A stretch of DNA of 17,429 nt from Myxococcota bacterium (GTDB lineage: Bacteria; Myxococcota_A; Polyangia; Polyangiales; Sandaracinaceae), in assembly GCA_036149055.1 (NCBI GenBank), contig JAYZQJ010000274.1, positions 1 through 17,429 of the forward strand, in the 5' to 3' direction. The position numbers and the translations under genes are program-made. The notes under the pieces are model-generated. The model saw only the letters and a program-made list of their open reading frames with translations, searched no databases and was not told the origin of the DNA. Shown piece after piece: positions 10,735 to 17,429 of the stretch. The first letter of the stretch is position 1. Every line of letters begins with the position of its first letter.

Positions 10735-10750
10735 TGCACGAGCCTTGCCA
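10735..10750 (-). promoter_or_regulatory. Putative sigma54 (-24/-12) promoter of the Kazal-domain gene
   Basis: Minus strand TGGCAAGGCTCGTGCA has exact GG-N10-GC spacing. It lies about 50 nt upstream of the ATG, with a long lower-GC upstream region suitable for enhancer binding. Confidence 0.7.
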
Positions 10751-11055
10751 ACTCCACCAACATCCACCTCACCCAGCAAAACACGACACAGAACGACCAT
10801 CCACAGCGCTGTGCCACCCCTTGCCACGGCGTCCGCCCCCGGCGCGCCGTGTCTCGATCAAACGCAACTGACCGATCACCTTCAATTGATGAAAGACGCG
10901 TCGCGACCACCGGGATACGCTCACTCGGCGCGCGTGGCTCCTGGGGAGTCACGAGGCTCTCGGGCGCGTCGACCGGCGACGTTCACTTCCTGCGTGGCCG
11001 ACCGGGCGCGGTTCCGTGAAGGAAATCGACGCGCCTCCCACCGGCGCGCGGCCGG

Positions 11056-11064
11056 TGCTATGAG
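11056..11064 (+). promoter_or_regulatory. Extended -10-like element directly before lysC (leaderless-type)
   Basis: TGCTATGAG, then 6 nt, then the GTG start at 11071. Confidence 0.45.
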
Positions 11065-11070
11065 GGCGGC

Positions 11071-12393
<1,323 letters not shown>

Positions 12394-12399
12394 CGCCGC

Positions 12400-12807
12400 T
12401 CAGGCGGTGAAGCCGCGGGCCTTTCGCTCGGCGATCAGATCCGGGGCGTGCCGGAAGCGGAGCGCGGACCAGGTGGCGTCGACGGCGACCTGGCTCACCG
12501 GCGCCCAGCCCTCGGCGGCGAGGAGCTCCCAGCCCTGGCCGCGGCCGAGGTCCGTCTTCACCCCCGAGCTCTTCTTCGGGTAGGCCATCCAGAGCACGCC
12601 GCCCTCGGCGACCGCGTCGCGCAGCTTCGGGAAGAGCTCCGCCACCTGGGCCGCGTCCTTCGCGAAGCCGAGCACCACGTCGAATGGCCCCTTGCCGCGC
12701 GTGGAGAGCGCGGCGCCCTCCGGGAGCGCGAGGTCCAGGTCCTTCGGCTTCTTCAGCGCGAGCGCCCGGTGTCCGGCCTTGATCTGCAGCTTCTTCGCGA
12801 GACTCAT
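12400..12807 (-). CDS. Conserved hypothetical protein, DUF3052-like (135 aa)
   Basis: ATG at 12807 follows GAGGAGGAGG and overlaps the upstream stop (ATGA). Motifs SLAKKLQIK, GVLWMAYPKKSSGVKTDL and QVAVDATWSALRFR. Confidence 0.8.
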   Translation of the reverse strand: MSLAKKLQIKAGHRALALKKPKDLDLALPEGAALSTRGKGPFDVVLGFAKDAAQVAELFPKLRDAVAEGGVLWMAYPKKSSGVKTDLGRGQGWELLAAEGWAPVSQVAVDATWSALRFRHAPDLIAERKARGFTA

Positions 12808-13709
12808 CTGTCCTCCTCCTCCTCGGAGAGCCGGCGCCGGAGCCACTCCCGCCCGATCGCGACGAGATCGTCCATGCCCTCGGCCGCGCCGAAGTCCCCC
12901 AGGACCACGCCGTACCACAGGGCGAAGAAGCGCGCGCGCCGGTGGGCGGCCTCGTCGACCGGCCCGAGGGCCGCGAAGAGCCGGGCCCGGGCCGGCGGAT
13001 CGAAGGCGCCGTAGGCGATGGCGAGGTCGATCGCCGGATCCCCGACGTGCACGTCGCCCCAGTCGATGACGCCGCTCAGCCGGCCGCCCTCGTCGAGCAG
13101 CAGGTGCTTCGGGTACAGGTCCCCGTGCACCCACCGCGCGTCGACGGCGTCGGGCCCCTCGGCGAGCCGCCCGGCGAGCTCGAAGATGCGCCCGGCGCCG
13201 CGCACCTTCCCCTGCCGCTCCATGCGGCGCAGCCGGAGCCGCAGCCGACGCAGCGCGCGCGCCCGGTCGGTCTTGTCGAGCCCCTCGGCCGGCGCCCCGT
13301 CGACGTCGAGCGACAGCCCGTGCAGCGCGCGCAGGGTCTCGCCGAGCGCCTCCGCGATCCCGGGCTGCGCCTCGGCGGCGATCACCCCGGCCGGCGCGCC
13401 CTCGAGCAGCGGGTAGCCGGCGAACGGGAACGGGAAGCCGTCCCGCGGCGGGCTCGCGAAGCGCGGCTTCGGCGTGGCGACCGGCAGCGCGAGGGACGGC
13501 AACACCGCCAGCTCGCGCTCGAGGAAGAAGACCGCCGCGCGCCGGCGCGGGAACCGGAACACGGTCCGCTCATCGACCAGGAACGCCGCGTTGTCGTACC
13601 CCGAGCCGAGCGCGCGGACCGGCCGGCCGGAGAGCCGCGGGAAGGCGGCGGCGATCAGGGCCGCCGCGCGGGCCTCGTCGATCGACACCTCGGCGTCCGG
13701 CAGCGGCAC
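12804..13709 (-). CDS. Aminoglycoside phosphotransferase (APH)-family / kinase-like phosphotransferase
   Basis: GSGYDN..VFRFPRR, E in the C-helix (ERELAVL), Brenner motif HGDLYPKHLL and GVIDWGD..GDPAIDL. Confidence 0.88.
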   Translation of the reverse strand: MPLPDAEVSIDEARAAALIAAAFPRLSGRPVRALGSGYDNAAFLVDERTVFRFPRRRAAVFFLERELAVLPSLALPVATPKPRFASPPRDGFPFPFAGYPLLEGAPAGVIAAEAQPGIAEALGETLRALHGLSLDVDGAPAEGLDKTDRARALRRLRLRLRRMERQGKVRGAGRIFELAGRLAEGPDAVDARWVHGDLYPKHLLLDEGGRLSGVIDWGDVHVGDPAIDLAIAYGAFDPPARARLFAALGPVDEAAHRRARFFALWYGVVLGDFGAAEGMDDLVAIGREWLRRRLSEEEEDR

Positions 13710-13715
13710 GCGCTG

Positions 13716-13759
13716 GAGGTAGCACGAGAGCAGCCGCGCGCAGTCGCATCTGATACAGT
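13716..13759. promoter_or_regulatory. Back-to-back extended -10 elements of two divergent genes
   Basis: Minus strand TGC-TACCTC-6nt-GTG(13709); plus strand TGA-TACAGT-6nt-ATG(13766). Confidence 0.55.
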
Positions 13760-13765
13760 GGGGAC

Positions 13766-14179
13766 ATGACCGAAGGGGGGCAGCGCAAGAAGCCGGTCGC
13801 CACGGGCGGCGCGACGATGCAGCTCGACGCGGTGGTGGACGACCTCGAGGAGGTCCCGGACGTGGGCGGCCTCGCCGACCTGCCCCGCGGCACCGCGCCC
13901 CCTCCCCTGCCCCCGAAGAAGGCCGGCGCGGGCGCCTGGATCGCGGGCGTGGCCGTGGTGCTGCTCATGACCGGGGCCGGGCTCGGCATCGGCTACTACG
14001 TGCTCGGCTGGGGACAGCCCGCCCCGGCGCCCCAGGCCGCCGCCCCTCGAGCCGAGGTCGAGGCGGAGGTCGCAGCCGCGGAGGAGGTGGCGGAGCCCGA
14101 GCAAGCCGACGACCAAGCCGAGGCCGAGCCCGCAGAGGACGTCGTGCAGCTCGACGAGTTCGTCATCGACCACGAGTAG
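13766..14179 (+). CDS. Hypothetical single-pass membrane protein with acidic tail (137 aa)
   Basis: PPPLPPKK followed by a TM helix (WIAGVAVVLLMTGAGLGIGYYVLGW) and a Glu/Ala-rich C-terminus; good -10 box upstream. Confidence 0.75.
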   Translation: MTEGGQRKKPVATGGATMQLDAVVDDLEEVPDVGGLADLPRGTAPPPLPPKKAGAGAWIAGVAVVLLMTGAGLGIGYYVLGWGQPAPAPQAAAPRAEVEAEVAAAEEVAEPEQADDQAEAEPAEDVVQLDEFVIDHE

Positions 14180-14217
14180 GGGCTCCAGCGCGCGGCGCGG
14201 CCGCCGTACCCCCTGGC

Positions 14218-15291
14218 GTGTACACCCCCGACGAACACGGCATGAAGGGCCGGATCTTCGTGGCCGGCACCGGGCGCTCGGGCACGACCCGGCTCGCCTG
14301 GCTGCTCGGAAAGCACCCCGAGATCTGGGCGGTGCCCACCGAGGCGCGCTTCATCGTCGATCCCGGCGGCCTCGAGGACCTCGTGGCGTGCCTGACCGAG
14401 CGCTACACCTTCTATCACGCCGATCAGGCGGTGAAGCAGCTCGACGAGCTCATGCGCCACACCCTCACCGGGCGCACCGAGACCGTCTTCAAGAACTGGT
14501 ACCTGGATCAGCACTTCGGCGAGGCGCGCTGGTACCGGCTGCTCAACGAGATGATGAGTCAGCTCGTCGCCATCGACTTCGACGAGAACGTCCCGTGCGA
14601 TCGATGGACGGGCACCCACGCCCAGCACTGGCCCTCCCAGCAGAAGCGCCACCGCCGGACCATCGGCCGATTCTTCCCCGACCGGGAGCCGCTCCTCGCG
14701 CTCTGCCGGCAGCTGATCGACGGGCTCTTCGCGGCCGCCGCCAGGGAGCGGGGCAAGAGCTTCTGGTGCGAGAAGACCCCTCTCAACCTGCTCTCGATGC
14801 CGTTCTTGTGGGAGCTCTACCCGGACGCGCTGGTGGTGCACATCAAGCGCGATCCCCGCGGCGTGGCCCATTCGCTCCGCAAGCAGTGGGACTTCGACTC
14901 CATCGATCCGGCGATCGACATGCTGGAGCCGTACTACGTGCGCTGGGCCCGGTTCCGGGCCGGCGACTACGACCTGTCGAGCCGGCGCTACCTCGAGCTC
15001 AAGGTCGAGGACATCGCCGCGGACCCCGCGGCCGGGATGCGCGCGGTCCTGTTCTCCGCCGGAGCGGCGCGGGCCGACTACCCCGAGGACAGCTACTCCC
15101 TCGAGCGCACCAACGCGTGGCAGTCGGAGCTGAGCGACGGGGATCGGCGCCGGATCGAGGCGCGCCTGGGCCCGTACTTCCCGCTGATGGGCTACTCGCT
15201 CGAGGAGCCATCGCGGGCCGACGCCCCCGCTGCTAGGGTCTCGCCGCCATGCGAGCCCGACACCTCATCCACGGCCTCTCCTGCCTCCTGA
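14218..15291 (+). CDS. PAPS-dependent sulfotransferase (Sulfotransfer_3-like)
   Basis: 5'-PSB IFVAGTGRSGTT..LLGKHP, WCEKTP, 3'-PB HIKRDPRGVAHS, and KVEDIAADP..LMGY. Alternative start is the ATG at 14242. Confidence 0.88.
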   Translation: MYTPDEHGMKGRIFVAGTGRSGTTRLAWLLGKHPEIWAVPTEARFIVDPGGLEDLVACLTERYTFYHADQAVKQLDELMRHTLTGRTETVFKNWYLDQHFGEARWYRLLNEMMSQLVAIDFDENVPCDRWTGTHAQHWPSQQKRHRRTIGRFFPDREPLLALCRQLIDGLFAAAARERGKSFWCEKTPLNLLSMPFLWELYPDALVVHIKRDPRGVAHSLRKQWDFDSIDPAIDMLEPYYVRWARFRAGDYDLSSRRYLELKVEDIAADPAAGMRAVLFSAGAARADYPEDSYSLERTNAWQSELSDGDRRRIEARLGPYFPLMGYSLEEPSRADAPAARVSPPCEPDTSSTASPAS

Positions 15292-17219
15292 TCGCCTGCG
15301 GCGGGAGCGCGAGCACCACCCCGACCCCCGACACGCCCGCCGCGGAGGCGCGCTACGACCGGCTGCCCCGGCTGCGCTTCAACCAGCTGGCGGTGCGCCT
15401 CGACCTGCCGCTCTTCTGGGCCGCGGACGACGACGGCGACGGCGCGGTCGACCCGGCCGAGGTCCGCAGCCTGCGCTTCTATCCGTCCGAGGGCGCGTGG
15501 GTCGACGGCGACGCCTTCACCCCCGCGTTCGACCGCGCCTACGCCGCGATCGTGGAGGCGGCGAGCGCGTCCCCCGGGGACGAGCGGCAGCGGCTCGTGT
15601 TCACCGAGCTCGACTCGATCGCGCCCACCATCGTCGAGACCGACCTCGCCGAGATGGCGGAGGCGCACCGGGCCTTCGCCGGGCACATGGTGCGGGTCGC
15701 GGCGATGATCGACGCGCTCTACGCCGAACAGGTCGGCATGACGGCGCTCGCCGACCGGGTGGCCGACGACCCGGCGAGCCGCAGCCTCTTCCGCCGCAAC
15801 TGGGGCCCCCGCTGCCGGGCGCCGGAGACCGAGAACGAGGAGGCGTGCAGCGCGATCGAGGGCGCGCCCGATCAGCCGGTCGACGTGTACCCGACGGCCC
15901 TGCAGGCGCAGGACGACTTCTGCCAGGCGCTCGAGGGGCGTGAGAACGCCTCGGCGCTGCTCGAGCCCTTCACCGTGGTGCGGGAGCGCGAGGGCGAGCT
16001 GGTCGCGGTGCCCTATCACGAGGCGTACGCCGCCCACGTCCAGCCGATCGCGACCGAGCTGCGCGCGGCGGCCGAGGCGATGACCGACCCGGAGGAGGAG
16101 CCGCTCCGGCGCTACCTCCGCGCGGCCGCGCAGTCCTTCCTCGACGACGACTGGGACCCGGCGAACGAGGCCTGGGCGTCGATGAACGTGCGCAACAGCC
16201 GCTGGTACGTGCGCGTCGGCCCGGACGAGGTCTACTGGGATCCCTGCAGCCACAAGGCGGGCTTCCACCTCACCTTCGCGCGCATCAACCAGGGCTCGCT
16301 CGAGTGGCAGGACCGGCTGACCCCGCTGCAGCAGCAGATGGAGCGCTCGCTCGCCTCGCTCTCCGAGGCCTACGAGCCGCGCGACGTCAGCTTCCACCTC
16401 CCCGACTTCATCGACATCGTGCTCAACGCGGGCGACGACCGCGACCCGTTCGGCGCCACCATCGGGCAGAGCCTGCCCAACTGGGGCCCGGTCGCCGAGG
16501 AGGGCCGCGGCCGCACGGTCGCGATGACCAACCTCTACACCGACCCCGACAGCCTGGCGCGCCGACGCGAGGTGGCCGCGAGCCTCTTCACCGAGGCGGC
16601 GATGCAGTCCTACACCGACGACACCACGCCGGCTTTGCTCTCGACCATCCTGCACGAGGCCACCCACAACCTCGGCCCGAGCCACGAGTACCGGGTGAAC
16701 GGGCAGACCGACACCGAGGCGTTCGGCGGCGGGCTGTCGTCGATGCTCGAGGAGCTCAAGGCGCAGAGCGGCGCGCTCTACTTCGTCGAGATGCTGCGCG
16801 AGGAGGGTGTGCTCACCGACGCCCAGGCGCGGCAGGTCTACCTCGACGGCATGGTCTGGGCGCTCGGCCACGTCTCGCGCGGCATGTACACGCCGAGCGG
16901 CCAGCGGAAGGCCTACAGCCAGCTCGCCGCCGTGCAGGTCGGCTTCCTCATGGACCGCGGCGTGCTGCGCTGGGATCCGGAGGCGACGGCCGCGAACGGC
17001 GAGGACACCGGCGCGTTCGACCTCGACTACGAGGCCTACCCGCAGGCGGTGAACGAGCTGATGACCCGGGTGATGGGCATCAAGGCCACCGCCGATCGCG
17101 CCGCCGCCGAGGAGCTCGCCAACCGCTACGTCGACGGCGACGTCGTCCCCCAGGAGGTCGTCGTCGAGCGCCACCGCCGCCACCCCCGCGCCTCCTTCGT
17201 CTACTCCCTCACGCTCTGA
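15249..17219 (+). CDS. Peptidase M49 (dipeptidyl-peptidase III-like) Zn-metallopeptidase lipoprotein
   Basis: Lipobox LLIAC. GPDEVYWD..KAGF, TIGQSLPN, ILHEATHNLGP (HExxH) and downstream LEELKA third-ligand motif. Confidence 0.82.
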   Translation: MRARHLIHGLSCLLIACGGSASTTPTPDTPAAEARYDRLPRLRFNQLAVRLDLPLFWAADDDGDGAVDPAEVRSLRFYPSEGAWVDGDAFTPAFDRAYAAIVEAASASPGDERQRLVFTELDSIAPTIVETDLAEMAEAHRAFAGHMVRVAAMIDALYAEQVGMTALADRVADDPASRSLFRRNWGPRCRAPETENEEACSAIEGAPDQPVDVYPTALQAQDDFCQALEGRENASALLEPFTVVREREGELVAVPYHEAYAAHVQPIATELRAAAEAMTDPEEEPLRRYLRAAAQSFLDDDWDPANEAWASMNVRNSRWYVRVGPDEVYWDPCSHKAGFHLTFARINQGSLEWQDRLTPLQQQMERSLASLSEAYEPRDVSFHLPDFIDIVLNAGDDRDPFGATIGQSLPNWGPVAEEGRGRTVAMTNLYTDPDSLARRREVAASLFTEAAMQSYTDDTTPALLSTILHEATHNLGPSHEYRVNGQTDTEAFGGGLSSMLEELKAQSGALYFVEMLREEGVLTDAQARQVYLDGMVWALGHVSRGMYTPSGQRKAYSQLAAVQVGFLMDRGVLRWDPEATAANGEDTGAFDLDYEAYPQAVNELMTRVMGIKATADRAAAEELANRYVDGDVVPQEVVVERHRRHPRASFVYSLTL

Positions 17220-17223
17220 CCCC

Positions 17224-17251
17224 CGGGCGGGGGCGGACCCGCCCCTGCCCG
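17224..17251 (+). terminator. GC-rich hairpin right after the M49 peptidase stop
   Basis: CGGGCGGGGGCG-GACC-CGCCCCTGCCCG forms a 12-bp stem with one G-U pair on the + strand. There is no U-tract. Confidence 0.5.
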
Positions 17252-17331
17252 AGTCAACAACTCGAGAGGTGGCAAACAATGGCGCCGGGGCACCCCCGCC
17301 CGCCTCCACGACATGACCCGAGACGACGGCA

Positions 17332-17428
17332 GGCGACGAGCGCAGCGAGGTCGCCGCACCCACAACCACCTGTGTTCGATCCCGCGGCAGCGGGCGGCCA
17401 GCGAGCGCGCAGCGCGAGCGCGAGCCGC
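17332..17428. repeat. Two related REP-like palindromic units
   Basis: GGCGAC-GAGCGCAGCGAG-GTCGCC (17332-17355) and GCGGC..GC-GAGCGCGCAGCGCGAG-CGC..GCCGC (17394-17428). Confidence 0.35.
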
Positions 17429-17429
17429 A

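Noticed and set aside
10684..10827. N-terminal extension of the Kazal protein (start at 10827)
   Set aside because: It spans the sigma54 box, and the signal peptide and RBS point to 10683 or 10677.
10860..11070. Lysine riboswitch upstream of lysC
   Set aside because: No recognisable L-box consensus by eye, and a -10-like box abuts the start codon. An Rfam scan would be decisive.
12808..13134. Upstream extension of the DUF3052-like ORF
   Set aside because: Off-frame overlap with the phosphotransferase; the real start is the SD-preceded ATG at 12807.
15192..17369. 725-aa minus-strand ORF
   Set aside because: Antisense shadow of the M49 peptidase.

Overview
High-GC chromosomal window that looks myxobacterial (Myxococcota, probably Polyangiales-like). 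This is inferred from the Myxococcus-type Cys-rich repeats and the density of lipoproteins. It holds about 16 real CDSs; most other long ORFs in the track are antisense or off-frame shadows. Housekeeping genes are msrA, riboflavin synthase alpha and aspartate kinase. They are interleaved with envelope and secreted proteins: a CAP/SCP lipoprotein missing from the ORF track, a MepA-like murein endopeptidase with a polycationic Arg tail, a small Cys-rich lipoprotein, a 976-aa lipoprotein with 17 Cys-rich repeats, a Yellow/MRJP-like lipoprotein, a Zn-finger-CPBP protease fusion, a Kazal/antistasin-like Cys-rich protein and an M49 peptidase lipoprotein. There is also an APH-family kinase operon and a sulfotransferase. 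No tRNA, rRNA, CRISPR array, transposase or integrase was seen. The best leads are (i) the cationic-tailed cell-wall hydrolase, (ii) near-identical sigma54-type promoters in front of the two large Cys-rich secreted genes, (iii) a -10 box 6-9 nt before most start codons, suggesting pervasive leaderless mRNAs, and (iv) animal-like protease-inhibitor modules. I did not find a clear self-contained novel multi-gene system; the system-level ideas are hypotheses.
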